NCBI GenBank assembly: GCA_043803405.1
Contig: JAZDKB010000009.1
Location: 192,001-256,000, forward strand
DNA length: 64,000 nt
Origin: Spirochaetota bacterium
Lineage (GTDB): Bacteria > Spirochaetota > UBA4802 > JAFGDQ01
Direction of reading: 5' to 3'
The notes under the pieces are model-generated. The model was not told the origin of the DNA. It did not search any database and saw nothing but the letters and a program-made list of their open reading frames with translations. Shown here one piece after another: positions 1 through 14,304 of this stretch (positions are counted from its first letter, which is position 1; every line of letters starts with the position of its first letter). The position numbers and the translations under genes are program-made.

Positions 1-2
1 GG

Positions 3-599
3 GAAGACAGGTTTCTTCTGACGAAATATATGGAAGATATTGTAGCTTATGTTCTTAACAGGGTTCCTGCAAGGTATGTGACAAGCGAAAGAGGCTTTGT
101 GCATACGGAAATCGACTTTTCAATAAACACGCAGTTACAGGCTGATATACGGTTATGCGTAAATAATGCCATAAGGACACTCTCGCAGAGGAGAGAGCCG
201 GATGAACATACCTCAATAACGGAAGATCTTTTCGGAAAACATTACTATTTCCCTTATATAGTCGGAGAAGTACTCGAAGAAACAACCTTCTCCATAATCC
301 CTGATGTTGAAGTACAATTGCTGTACAACAATTTTCCGGTTCCGATGATCGATCCCGGCTGGTCAAATCCTTTCTATACATGTGAAGCAACCAAAGGTTT
401 TTTTCTTTTCTGGCCCGATTTTCTTAAAGGTGAAATGGATGAAGCAGGCGACAACATTTTTAAACTGGTATTCCGCCATAAAAAGTTTCTTAAGAAAGAG
501 ACATCTTTCGCCATCAGAGCGCTTGAAAAATTAAATTATAATAAATCGCAGGTAGTTCCTCTGGTTCTTCTAAACCTTCAAAGCGGAGAAACATTATAA
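3..599 (+). CDS. ComFB-family (late competence development / cyclic-dinucleotide-binding) protein with C-terminal extension, 5'-truncated by the window edge
   Basis: DIVAYVLNRVPARYVTSERG matches the ComFB-like D-x-x-A-x-x-LN-x-x-P-x-RY motif; the frame stays open upstream of ATG30 to the window start. Confidence 0.6.
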   Translation, partial: EDRFLLTKYMEDIVAYVLNRVPARYVTSERGFVHTEIDFSINTQLQADIRLCVNNAIRTLSQRREPDEHTSITEDLFGKHYYFPYIVGEVLEETTFSIIPDVEVQLLYNNFPVPMIDPGWSNPFYTCEATKGFFLFWPDFLKGEMDEAGDNIFKLVFRHKKFLKKETSFAIRALEKLNYNKSQVVPLVLLNLQSGETL

Positions 600-622
600 T
601 GCATTTTTATTATTGCTTTGCC

Positions 623-650
623 TTGACTTTTTAAATGCTCTTTTTATAGT
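623..650 (+). promoter_or_regulatory. Candidate sigma70 promoter for the kinase gene
   Basis: TTGACT-16 bp-TATAGT about 60 bp upstream of ATG712. Confidence 0.4.
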
Positions 651-711
651 TGTATCCAGATAATTACCTGCATGATCAAATAAAAGCGGCAGTAAAATAA
701 ATATTATAAAT

Positions 712-1797
712 ATGAACGATCAAAAACAATTTACCAGCCTGAGCGATGAAGTAATTCATAATTTTCCGACAGGAATATTTGTAATTAATCCATCCGGGGA
801 AATGCTAATTGAAAATCCGGCATTAAAGAAAACCCTGGGATTCGACCCCGAAAGCACCAATGTCGGGATGGAGCTTTACCGCTTTATCAAGTCCGATCCA
901 AAGCTGAACCAGTATCTTGAAGATGCTGCGAACGATAAAAAAACCGTTAAGATTGAAAATTTAACCTACACCCTGCATAGAGACAAGAATGAAATAATAA
1001 TTAATATCTCGATTATACCCTTAGTTGACGAACAAAAAGTAATTAGATATTATTTCTTTTTAATCGAGGACGTAACCAAGCATGCATTAATATACAGCAA
1101 AATACATCGCCAGGAAAAGCTGTCGACTATCGGGATAATGGCTTCCGGTGTTGCGGAAGAAATAAAATGGCCGCTCAGCCATATAATGATCAATCTTGAT
1201 TTTGTCGAAAAGAATACAAGTGAAGACAGCCCCATGAGGTCATATTTGCAGGCAATAAAAGACGATCTTAGCAGAATAAGGTTCGTGTCAAAACAAATGA
1301 CCGACCTGTCATTGCCTCAAACAGAAAGCAATGAAGATGTCTGTGATGTGAATAAACTCTTCTTATCCCAGCCGCTTAAGGCAAAATTAAACAAAATAAA
1401 GGAAAGAGGCATTACGGTAAAAATGTCTTTTCCTAAAAAAGCAGCAAAAGTAAAAGCTAATGAGAACAATTTAATACAGGCATTCACGCATATTATACGA
1501 AATGCGTCCGAAGCCATGCCGGAGGAAGGGACCCTTACCGTAATTGTCGAATCCATCACTGAAAAGGAAAACGATATTATTGCGATTACGATTACCGATA
1601 CAGGCATGGGCATACCTGAGCAAAATCTTCCTAATATTTTCAAGCCGTTTTTCAGCACAAAAGGCCGCAGCGGAATAGGACTGGGGCTTATGGTGGCATA
1701 TTCCATTGTTGACAATCTTGGAGGAGCTATAGGAATTAAAAGCATGCCCGGTGTAGGCACATCAGTCCGGATTGTGCTTCCGGCATTATCAATATAA
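712..1797 (+). CDS. PAS-domain sensor histidine kinase-like protein (H-box His replaced by Glu)
   Basis: N-terminal PAS (PTGIFVINPSG...IEDVT), EKLSTIGIMASGVAEEIKWPL, N-box IIRNASEAM, DTGMGI, IFKPFFSTK, GIGLGL. Confidence 0.85.
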   Translation: MNDQKQFTSLSDEVIHNFPTGIFVINPSGEMLIENPALKKTLGFDPESTNVGMELYRFIKSDPKLNQYLEDAANDKKTVKIENLTYTLHRDKNEIIINISIIPLVDEQKVIRYYFFLIEDVTKHALIYSKIHRQEKLSTIGIMASGVAEEIKWPLSHIMINLDFVEKNTSEDSPMRSYLQAIKDDLSRIRFVSKQMTDLSLPQTESNEDVCDVNKLFLSQPLKAKLNKIKERGITVKMSFPKKAAKVKANENNLIQAFTHIIRNASEAMPEEGTLTVIVESITEKENDIIAITITDTGMGIPEQNLPNIFKPFFSTKGRSGIGLGLMVAYSIVDNLGGAIGIKSMPGVGTSVRIVLPALSI

Positions 1798-1928
1798 AAA
1801 AAAATAAAGTTAAGGCAAAAAAGTCGTTTCAAAGAGCACACTGCGCAAACCCCGAAATAATAGCTGCTACTTTGTTTGAATGACTTATAACTTTTACAGC
1901 AAGATTAATAGTAAAGTTGGATTAAGAA

Positions 1929-3455
1929 ATGAATAATCATCAAATAAACGACAGCTATGTATCAATTGAATCCGCGCTTAAACGTGACGGATATTTTGTA
2001 TTCTCCCATGATGATATAAAACCTCACGAGAGTGAAAATAAACTGAGGCTGGTACATAACAGGCCGACCGGCGTTACTCATGCAAAAATTCCTGATGCCG
2101 GCGAAGCACCCGGAATAAAAATTCCTGAAAAACCTGCCAGCATAATACCCGAAGGCTATAAAAAAGGCGCCAAACCTGAACCGACGCACTATGTGGAAAC
2201 CGATTACAATATTTCCACTATTATCTCACATCTTCAGGAGCATATGCGCAGAATCTCCACGAATGTAATCGGCAGGGATGATATTATACAGCAGCTGATG
2301 TATGCTATTCTTACGGGCGAACACATGCTTCTTCTGTCGAGAACCGGAATGGCAAAATCTTACCTGGCTAATGAAGTATTTAACAGCTTCGAAAATGTAA
2401 GGATTTTTTCAGCTCAGGCAAGCAAGGACCAGACTCCTGATAATTACTTCGGCCCGTACAACATCGAAGAATTTAAGAAAGGCATAATACGGCATAACAT
2501 AAAAGGCTCAATAATAGAGGCAAACCTGGTTTTGCTCGATGAGTTCTTTGACGCAAGCGATGTTGTTTTAAGGTCGCTTTTATCTGTTCTTAATGAACGG
2601 AAATTCGTAAACGGATCGGAACAGATAGACGTAGCTATTCACACAGCTATTGCTACAGCAAATTACATGAGATTAAACGAAGTAACCGAAGCCATTCTCG
2701 ACCGTTTTCTTTACAAAGCAATAATACCGGAAGACGACGACATGTATAACAGGCTTCTGATAGATCAGGCATATAGCATTCGAAAGGGCAAACCTGAAGA
2801 ACCTATGCGAAAAATTCCATTTGATCAGATCGTCTTTCTGCATAATGTCATTAAAAACAACAACAAAAAAATCCAGATTAATTTCCCGGATTCGGTTAAG
2901 TTTTTAAAAAATGTTATAATAAACAAATTTATTTCCGAGATCAGAAAAAGCGAGCCTGAATTTTTCATAAGCCCCAGAAAACAGGCAAAGATAGCCGATT
3001 TTCTGAGAGCGACTGCAATATTAGACAACAGGTACGAAATTACCATGCAGGATTTAAGGAACATGTATATCGGCCTTGTTACGCTGAACAGGTATGTTTC
3101 TGTTAAACAGAAAGACAGACTGTTTACGGATATTTTTATAGATACTTATGAACAGACGATGTCCCATTTTAAAGCTACCAACGCTTTTCAGCAGATAGAT
3201 TTTTTACTTAATATTAAAAATATATTTCAGGTATTAAGAGATAATCCTGAAAAGAAGGAAACCCTTCATGAAGAGAAAGGACTTCTTCAGAGTCTAAAAA
3301 ATATTCTAGTTAAAATATTTCCTTTAAAAACAAAGGAAGAAGACGTACTAACAATTGAATCATTGAGAAAAAATATTGTTGAGCTCAATCCGTCGGTAGA
3401 AGAAGTCAGGGAACTTAAGCAGGGAATCCTCCGCGATTATAAGGATATTTACTAA
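1929..3455 (+). CDS. RavA/MoxR-type AAA+ ATPase
   Basis: VIGRDDII...EHMLLLSRTGMAKS (Walker A), LLDEFF (Walker B), LLSVLNER, AILDRF, ISPR. Confidence 0.85.
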   Translation: MNNHQINDSYVSIESALKRDGYFVFSHDDIKPHESENKLRLVHNRPTGVTHAKIPDAGEAPGIKIPEKPASIIPEGYKKGAKPEPTHYVETDYNISTIISHLQEHMRRISTNVIGRDDIIQQLMYAILTGEHMLLLSRTGMAKSYLANEVFNSFENVRIFSAQASKDQTPDNYFGPYNIEEFKKGIIRHNIKGSIIEANLVLLDEFFDASDVVLRSLLSVLNERKFVNGSEQIDVAIHTAIATANYMRLNEVTEAILDRFLYKAIIPEDDDMYNRLLIDQAYSIRKGKPEEPMRKIPFDQIVFLHNVIKNNNKKIQINFPDSVKFLKNVIINKFISEIRKSEPEFFISPRKQAKIADFLRATAILDNRYEITMQDLRNMYIGLVTLNRYVSVKQKDRLFTDIFIDTYEQTMSHFKATNAFQQIDFLLNIKNIFQVLRDNPEKKETLHEEKGLLQSLKNILVKIFPLKTKEEDVLTIESLRKNIVELNPSVEEVRELKQGILRDYKDIY

Positions 3456-3466
3456 GGTTAACCCAA

Positions 3467-5113
3467 TTGAATGAGAAAGGCTCTTCATTGACCGGCGGAC
3501 CGCAACCGCCGGATTTTTTTCAATACTGGGAATCATTAGGATATTTCGAGAATATCCGCTCCTTTTTGCCGCGCCAGTTCTTTATTCTGTTCGAGATAGC
3601 CCGGCTTATTGCCACCCCCGACTCGACTTTAAAAGCCAGAAACGCCATTGAAGACTTATTAAAAAAAGATAAAACGGAAGCATACGACAGGGATAAAAAC
3701 ATCTTAATAAACAGGATGGAAAGAAATGCCCCTATAAGCGATAAAATGGATATCCAGCATTACAAAACAATATATGACCTGAAGAAATCCATACCGAGAG
3801 AACTTGCGTGGGAAAAGGAGATTTTCGACATCAAGCTTTTAACAAGAACACTGTTCGTCCAGAAATTCTTCGAATCGGACTCGGACAAATTCAAGCCTAT
3901 ATCCCAGGCAAACGAGGAGGACGGACGGAGCAAAACAAAATTTGAACAGAAATTCTATCTTCTTCTCGACAGATCGCGTTCAATGGAAAAACGCATGAGA
4001 GCTTTTTATTCAAAAAGCATTGTTGTCGAGTTTTTCAGAAGAAAGATGGACAGCAATGCCAAGTTATATTACAGGGCATTTGACACCAAACCGGGAACTC
4101 TCGTAAAAATAGAAAAAAAGGAAGATTATCCGAATTTAATCGAAAAAGTAATTTTAACCACTACAGGCGGAGTAAGCACAAATATGCAGTCTGCCATTTT
4201 TCAGGCTATTGACGATATTTCTTTCGATAAAGACATGACGGATGCCGAAATACTGGTAGTTACGGACGGGCTTGTGCATGACCTTAACATACCTAAAATG
4301 AAGGAAAAGCTTAAAGGCATTAAATTGAATATCCTTAAAATTGGGCAGGATATGGCTGAACCTAACGGATATGAAATTAAGCGGGTGCTTGCGGAAGCGG
4401 GCCACGATTTTAATCCATTCTCAATAAGCCTTAAGGAAATAAAAAATAAATTCAATAACCCGGACAACGCCAGGAATATTTCCCAGGCGGAGCATGTTGT
4501 CTACAAGTACATGCTTGAATGCTCCGATAAAATAATCAGGGACATTAAAGAGATTTCCCATAAATTTATTGAAATTGAGGATATACAGTCCGCTTACACT
4601 GAATACATGAATAAGGATGCTTCTATATTTGTCGAAAAGGCCATTGATGAATTAATGAATATAAACATGGATGATAAGACTCTGGAAGAATTATCAATTA
4701 TATATAAAAAAGCATTTTTTTTAAGCCAGTACATAGAATTTCTCTTAAAAACCGATAAAATGAAAGATAATTCAAAGCTTATAGAAGCATCACAGGAGCT
4801 TTTTTCTTTAAAGCAGACAATGCTCGCAAATCCAAACCTGCTTGACATTATAATGAGAAATAAAGGATTTGAAGACGACAAGCAGGTTACCAAGGCAGCA
4901 AAAAAAGCAGCCAAAGAGAATATGAATGAACTGCTTAATCAAAAGAAAGCATTATCGAAAAACGACATTAAAAATGCAAAAATGATTTTCACCATGGGCG
5001 GGCATGGCGGAACCGGAAGCCCCGGACAATTATTATACGTTTTGTTTGTTAAGTTGTGGGAATGGATAAAATCAGTTTTTAGAAAAATATTCCGGAAAGA
5101 AAAAACGGAATAA
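3467..5113 (+). CDS. ViaA-like VWA-domain protein (partner of the MoxR ATPase)
   Basis: MIDAS LLDRSRSM, GGVST, VVTDG; 11 bp downstream of the AAA gene; TTG start. Confidence 0.8.
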   Translation: MNEKGSSLTGGPQPPDFFQYWESLGYFENIRSFLPRQFFILFEIARLIATPDSTLKARNAIEDLLKKDKTEAYDRDKNILINRMERNAPISDKMDIQHYKTIYDLKKSIPRELAWEKEIFDIKLLTRTLFVQKFFESDSDKFKPISQANEEDGRSKTKFEQKFYLLLDRSRSMEKRMRAFYSKSIVVEFFRRKMDSNAKLYYRAFDTKPGTLVKIEKKEDYPNLIEKVILTTTGGVSTNMQSAIFQAIDDISFDKDMTDAEILVVTDGLVHDLNIPKMKEKLKGIKLNILKIGQDMAEPNGYEIKRVLAEAGHDFNPFSISLKEIKNKFNNPDNARNISQAEHVVYKYMLECSDKIIRDIKEISHKFIEIEDIQSAYTEYMNKDASIFVEKAIDELMNINMDDKTLEELSIIYKKAFFLSQYIEFLLKTDKMKDNSKLIEASQELFSLKQTMLANPNLLDIIMRNKGFEDDKQVTKAAKKAAKENMNELLNQKKALSKNDIKNAKMIFTMGGHGGTGSPGQLLYVLFVKLWEWIKSVFRKIFRKEKTE

Positions 5114-5117
5114 TCCT

Positions 5118-6512
5118 CTAACCGTTCAGGCTTTTATAAATCTCCCTTGCCTTGCTGAGCAGAGTTTCCTTTTTGTTCGCTTCCGGATCATCCAGCACTA
5201 TTTCAAGGAGTTCATTCAGTATTTTTCCGATAATGGGCCCGGGCTCCACGTTAAATTCGGACATAATAACATTGCCGTCTATATCGAGATCCTTTACGGT
5301 AAGCGCGCTGTCTTCTTCGATAACCCTGGCGATCCTTCTTTGCAGTTCCATTATGGGAGCTGGCAGGCCGCTGCGCTGGCCGTTGCCGATTCTGTCGGCC
5401 AGCCTCAGCATTAAAAGATCGTTTAAATTTTCCAGGCCGACTTTTCGCATAAATCTTCTGACAGCCCCGTCAGTCCACACATCGACATAATGAAACATGT
5501 GATTCACTATCAGATTCGCGACTTTACCGGTCTCTTCATTGGAGAATTTTAATCTTTTCATTATCCTTCTGGTAATTTTTGCGCCGACCACTTCGTGGTT
5601 ATAAAAAGTCCCTTCCCCGTCTTCATCTTCTTTTCTTGTCACGAATTTCCCTATATCATGCAACAGGGCTGCGAACTTTATTATGCGGTCCGCGTCTGGT
5701 ATTGCGTCGCAGGAGTAAAGGCTGTGATAATAAATATCATAAATATGATATTTATTCTGTTTAACGTTAAAACCCTCAAGGAGTTCCGGCAGTACAAGTT
5801 TCATTAGCCCGGATTCGCGCATATACTCAAGCCCGATTGAAGGCCTCTCTGCGTCCATAAGCTTTAAAAGCTCATCCCGTATTCTTTCGGCTGACACTGC
5901 CTTTGCAGTATCGAGAGTTTTCGGTATTGCGGATAATGTGTCTGCGTCAATGCTGAAATAGAGCTTTGCCGCAAATCTGCACGCCCTGAACGGCCTAAGC
6001 CCGTCTTCGCTGAATCTGTCAACAGGATTACCTATTGTACGGATAATCCTGCTGTCTATATCCGCAAGCCCTCCTGCATAATCGATTATTTTTTCTTCTT
6101 TAATATCGTATGCCAGGCCGTTGATTGTAAAATCTCTTCTTTTGACATCTTCCTCAAGTGTTTTGGAAAAATGAACGGCCTCCGGCCTGCGGCCGTCAAG
6201 GTATTTCCCGTCCGCGCGGTAAGTGGTTATTTCGTACTGCTTTTCTTTCATCAGGACCGATACAGTGCCGTGTTTTATTCCCGTAGGCACTACCCTTCTG
6301 AAAATACTTACGACATCTTCGGGAAGCGCGTTTGTAGCAAAATCGTAATCCAGCACATCGTGGCCCAGAACAAGATCGCGGACAGACCCTCCGACTAAAT
6401 AGCACTCGAAGCCCTTTTCATTGAATTTGTTAACTATCTCAATTATATCTTTTTTGACAGGTTCCGCGATATAAAGCTGTTTTTTTAATATTTTTGAATT
6501 CAAGAGTTCCAT
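5118..6512 (-). CDS. cca: CCA tRNA nucleotidyltransferase / poly(A) polymerase family with HD domain
   Basis: LVGGSVRD, DYDFAT, RRDFTING, EDGLRPFRACRF, SAERIRDEL, LLHDIGK. Confidence 0.9.
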   Translation of the reverse strand: MELLNSKILKKQLYIAEPVKKDIIEIVNKFNEKGFECYLVGGSVRDLVLGHDVLDYDFATNALPEDVVSIFRRVVPTGIKHGTVSVLMKEKQYEITTYRADGKYLDGRRPEAVHFSKTLEEDVKRRDFTINGLAYDIKEEKIIDYAGGLADIDSRIIRTIGNPVDRFSEDGLRPFRACRFAAKLYFSIDADTLSAIPKTLDTAKAVSAERIRDELLKLMDAERPSIGLEYMRESGLMKLVLPELLEGFNVKQNKYHIYDIYYHSLYSCDAIPDADRIIKFAALLHDIGKFVTRKEDEDGEGTFYNHEVVGAKITRRIMKRLKFSNEETGKVANLIVNHMFHYVDVWTDGAVRRFMRKVGLENLNDLLMLRLADRIGNGQRSGLPAPIMELQRRIARVIEEDSALTVKDLDIDGNVIMSEFNVEPGPIIGKILNELLEIVLDDPEANKKETLLSKAREIYKSLNG

Positions 6513-6573
6513 GTTAATAGATTAAATTGATTTTTTAAGACATTTAAGCAAGAGAGAAAGCGGCTAAAAAGAA

Positions 6574-6685
6574 CTCCCGCCGTACATAAAACCCTTCCCG
6601 CAAAACCTGCATACCTTCCCGCGGATATAAACATTGCTCCCGCATTTTCTGCAAGGGTTCCTGCAATCCCGGATATGGCTCCCGC
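6574..6685. repeat. Six-unit array with an exact 21-bp period, core YTCCYGC and variable 14-bp linkers
   Basis: TCCCGC/TCCTGC cores start at 6575, 6596, 6617, 6638, 6659 and 6680. Confidence 0.85.
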
Positions 6686-6801
6686 AAGCCATACATATCT
6701 TTAATATGTGAAATACGCTCAAATGACGGGCAGTGCAACGTTAAGCAAAGCGCCGGTTAACTGGCAACTCTATTATACTTTAATTCGGGGAAAAACGTCT
6801 A

Positions 6802-8475
6802 TTACATTTTTATTTCCGAGCCTGCAAACGGGCGGGCTTTTACTGCACCGGATAAAGGAGACTCGTGATTATGAGGGGTATCCGGCTTGTAGGTATCGTA
6901 AGCGCTGACAGAAAAAAAATACAGGACAGTATTATCCATTAATGGATAATCGAGAACTCCGATTGAATCTCTTTGCCTGTTCTCTTCAATTACATCATTG
7001 GAAATCTTAACTTCAATATATTTTCTGTTGCTGTTTAAATCATTGGTTATTTTTTTTCCGTTTATATAGCTTATAATGCCGTCGTACCTGCCTGGAACGA
7101 TACCGTAATATATCCTGTACCCGCTTATGTCGTGCTCAACATTCTTGTTCCATCTCAGGGTAACATCCTTATTGCCGGCGTTTACAACCTCAAGGAACTG
7201 CGGGACAGACGGAGGAGTATCCGGCTGATAGTTTAACTCAACATTATACAGATATGGCGAATACTTCCCGTCCGGAGAAGGCACCAGGTACGCCCTCCAC
7301 TGGCAGTATTTCCCCCTGAGATAATTGCCGGAATCTTTCATTAAATAAATGCTTTTCTGATTATTTGCCACCCTGTACCACTTAAGAGCCTCATCATTGC
7401 GGCCGAAAAGGCTGTCGCTTATTCTGAATTCCATCCATATAAAAGTATGTTCTTTTAGCAGTTCGGACCATTTGAATAATGTAACCGATGTGCCTGTTGA
7501 CGGGAGAGTATGAACCGGGCTTGTAATTATTCCCTGATTATTTAAAGGTTGCCTCCCTGCAAGTTCCAGTTTTTTATAATTGATATCCGCTAAATCGTTT
7601 TCCTTTTTCAGATCATCAATGTGCCGGTACGACAATCTGAATTCGTCCATGCAGCCGTAAAAATTTTTTCCGATTACTGCAGCCGGCATATCCGTGCATT
7701 CAAAAGAAGGCTCAAATACATCTTCATAAGGTCTGTAGTTCTCTGTTACATAAACAATGTCTTCTTCAAAACCGTTCAGAAACTTTGCCAGCTTGCCCGA
7801 AATACGGTCAAAGCTTAAAATAAAATGATGCCATTTATTCAGTTCAAGCTCTTTGCCTTTAAGCAGCTTTACATCATGCCTCACGTTATTCGAATCCTTG
7901 AATAAACGGAAAAACTCGACCACTATCCTTCTGTCTTTTATTTTTATCTCGATGCCGTTTTTCTTTCCGGAAAAGTAACCCACTCTGGTGAATAAAACGC
8001 CTTCATTTATAAAGGAAACAGGGTATACTCTGAACTCTATTGTAAACGAACCTGAATCCGAACAGCTCCCTAGCCATAAGTTTTTTGACGTCTCGATCTC
8101 TATATTGTGATCTTTATTATAAAAGCCGGCAGCGCCGCCGCCAAGTGCACCGCTGTTTCGAACAAACCTGTATTCCGCATTTCTTATGATATATTTGCCC
8201 GAATCGTCTCTCTTTAATAAAAACGACTTATCATTAAACGATAAAAGAAGATCCGTGATCATAGGATTGCTTATTCCCCTGTAGGTCAAATCCCTGACCG
8301 AGAACGCTTCTTTATCTGCCGGATCTGTCGTAATTATTGCATTTTGCAATGCAAGGTTGCGGACAGGATTTTCCTTTGACGGGAAAATGACTGCATCCGA
8401 AATATTGCCGTTAGCGGAAAACAATAAAACAAATAACGCAAAGAAAGAAAGTAGGATAATTTTGTAATTTTTCAT
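6802..8475 (-). CDS. Secreted LamG/concanavalin-like jelly-roll + fibronectin type III protein
   Basis: Signal peptide MKNYKIILLSFFALFVLLFSA; FTIEFRV, NKWHHFILSFD, FYGCMDEFR (LamG); PPSVPQ...VTLRW...GYRIYYG...YFFSVSAYD (FN3). Confidence 0.75.
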   Translation of the reverse strand: MKNYKIILLSFFALFVLLFSANGNISDAVIFPSKENPVRNLALQNAIITTDPADKEAFSVRDLTYRGISNPMITDLLLSFNDKSFLLKRDDSGKYIIRNAEYRFVRNSGALGGGAAGFYNKDHNIEIETSKNLWLGSCSDSGSFTIEFRVYPVSFINEGVLFTRVGYFSGKKNGIEIKIKDRRIVVEFFRLFKDSNNVRHDVKLLKGKELELNKWHHFILSFDRISGKLAKFLNGFEEDIVYVTENYRPYEDVFEPSFECTDMPAAVIGKNFYGCMDEFRLSYRHIDDLKKENDLADINYKKLELAGRQPLNNQGIITSPVHTLPSTGTSVTLFKWSELLKEHTFIWMEFRISDSLFGRNDEALKWYRVANNQKSIYLMKDSGNYLRGKYCQWRAYLVPSPDGKYSPYLYNVELNYQPDTPPSVPQFLEVVNAGNKDVTLRWNKNVEHDISGYRIYYGIVPGRYDGIISYINGKKITNDLNSNRKYIEVKISNDVIEENRQRDSIGVLDYPLMDNTVLYFFSVSAYDTYKPDTPHNHESPLSGAVKARPFAGSEIKM

Positions 8476-8895
8476 ATTCTGCTGATTATGGTTATGGTAA
8501 TAATAGAACTTATCTAAAAATATAATTTTATTCAAAAAGCTGATTTTAAATGGCTTGCAGTTTATTTATCGGCATGAACATAGCCAAAAAAAAGGACACT
8601 AGTAGAAAAGAAGAAAAAATATAATAAATATACTTTCCCCTCTTTCTGCACAGAACGCAAACCGGTTTTTATCTTCTATTATTTTCTTGATTATTCTTCT
8701 TTTGTTGATTAAAATATAATATGCTGATTGCTTTTAATATTCATTCTACCTTGTGCAGTAAAAGGTTTATTGAAGGATAACCGGGTTTTCTGTAAACATA
8801 TATAATATCATGTTTGCCGGAGTGTAACTGGTATGGATAAGATCGTAGTATTTAATTATAATAAAACCGATTAAATTCACATTAACCCGTAAAGC

Positions 8896-12648
<3,753 letters not shown>

Positions 12649-12656
12649 TATAAATT

Positions 12657-14042
12657 TTAAAAATTTGCGCTTTTGGGTGTTCTTGGAAACGGAATTACAT
12701 CCCTGATGTTCTGCATACCTGTAATAAACTGCACAGTTCTCTCAAAACCAAGGCCGAATCCGGCGTGAGGAACGCTCCCGAACTTTCTTGTATCAAGGTA
12801 CCACCAGTACTCCTCCGGATTAAGCCCAAGCTCAACCATTCTGCTTTTCAGCACATCAAAATTATCCTCGCGCTCGCTGCCGCCTATTATCTCGCCTATA
12901 CCGGGAACAAGGACATCCATAGCCCTTACTGTTTTGTTGTCCGCATTTACTTTCATGTAAAATGCTTTAATTTGTTTAGGAAAATCGATTACAATTACAG
13001 GCTTCCTGAACTTCTTTTCCGTAAGATATCTTTCGTGCTCGGATTGCATGTCTATTCCCCACTCTACCGGGAACTCGAATTTCGCTCCCGATTTCGTTAA
13101 TATGTCTACCGCTTCCGTGTACGTAATTGTTGTAAACTCTGAATTTACTATGCTCTCCAGATTGGCAATTACGCCTTTCTGAATTCTTTGATCGAAGAAT
13201 TCCATATCCTCCATGCAGTTTTCAAGACAATACTTAAAGATATATTTAAGGAACTCTTCAGCCAGAACAATATCGTCTTCTAGTGTTGCAAAAGCCATCT
13301 CCGGTTCTACCATCCAGAACTCGGACAAATGCCTCGATGTATTCGAGTTCTCGGCGCGGAAGGTTGGCCCGAACGTGTACACATCGCCGAGCGCCGTTGC
13401 AAGGAGTTCGCCTTCCAGCTGCCCGCTTACCGTAAGCGCCGTTTTTTTTCCGAAGAAATCCTCTGAAAAGTCTATAGCTTCCTTGCCTGTTTCCGCGTTT
13501 TTTGCATCGAGCGTTGTTACCCGAAACATCTGGCCGGCGCCTTCACAGTCGTTCCCAGTGATTATCGGTGTGTGTATGTACAGGAATCCGTGCTCCTGAA
13601 AAAATTTATGAATGGCAAACGCTAGCGCGTTGCGCATCCTGAACACGGCGCCGAACGTGTTAGTGCGCGGCCGGAGGTGCGCGATCTCGCGCAGGAACTC
13701 AAACGAATGCCCCTTCTTCTGCAAAGGAAACGTTTCCGCATCCGCTTTTCCGTATATTTGAATATCGATCGCCTGCAGCTCGTACTTCTGGCCCTTGGCA
13801 GGAGAATCGATCAGTCTGCCTGTAATCGCGACGCTTGTTCCAGTAGTCAAATCTGCAAACAAAGCATACCCGGGAGTGTTCTCATCAGCCACTACCTGTA
13901 TGTTACGAAGGCACGACCCATCGTTTATCTCGACAAAGCACAGGCCCTTTGAAACACGCTTTGTCCTTACCCAGCCTTTGACAAGCACGTCAAATCCGGA
14001 CGTATCCGATTTAAGCAGATCGACTATTCTTGAACGCTTCAC
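12657..14042 (-). CDS. asnS: Asparagine--tRNA ligase
   Basis: [50 protein letters not shown] start. Confidence 0.97.
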   Translation of the reverse strand: MKRSRIVDLLKSDTSGFDVLVKGWVRTKRVSKGLCFVEINDGSCLRNIQVVADENTPGYALFADLTTGTSVAITGRLIDSPAKGQKYELQAIDIQIYGKADAETFPLQKKGHSFEFLREIAHLRPRTNTFGAVFRMRNALAFAIHKFFQEHGFLYIHTPIITGNDCEGAGQMFRVTTLDAKNAETGKEAIDFSEDFFGKKTALTVSGQLEGELLATALGDVYTFGPTFRAENSNTSRHLSEFWMVEPEMAFATLEDDIVLAEEFLKYIFKYCLENCMEDMEFFDQRIQKGVIANLESIVNSEFTTITYTEAVDILTKSGAKFEFPVEWGIDMQSEHERYLTEKKFRKPVIVIDFPKQIKAFYMKVNADNKTVRAMDVLVPGIGEIIGGSEREDNFDVLKSRMVELGLNPEEYWWYLDTRKFGSVPHAGFGLGFERTVQFITGMQNIRDVIPFPRTPKSANF

Positions 14043-14255
14043 ATTTTACCTCGAAAAATTCAAATTAATACTTAAGGAGCTATACTATTAACAAATAAAC
14101 TTAAATCGTCAAACAATTTTATTTTATATTTTTAGCCCAATATTTTATACTGGAATAAAATAGTTTGTTCTTACAACTCATCTTAAAAATAGCCAGTGCT
14201 CTAAAAATTTAATAGAAATAATATTGCATTCATTTTAAAACCTTGAATTTAACCA

Positions 14256-14302
14256 TTGACATTAATGATTAAATATATTATTATGTCATTATAATGACAT
14301 AA
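14256..14302 (+). promoter_or_regulatory. vapBC promoter with overlapping perfect 22-bp palindromic operator
   Basis: TTGACA(14256)-17 bp-TATTAT(14279); palindrome TTATGTCATTATAATGACATAA at 14281-14302. Confidence 0.8.
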
Positions 14303-14304
14303 AT

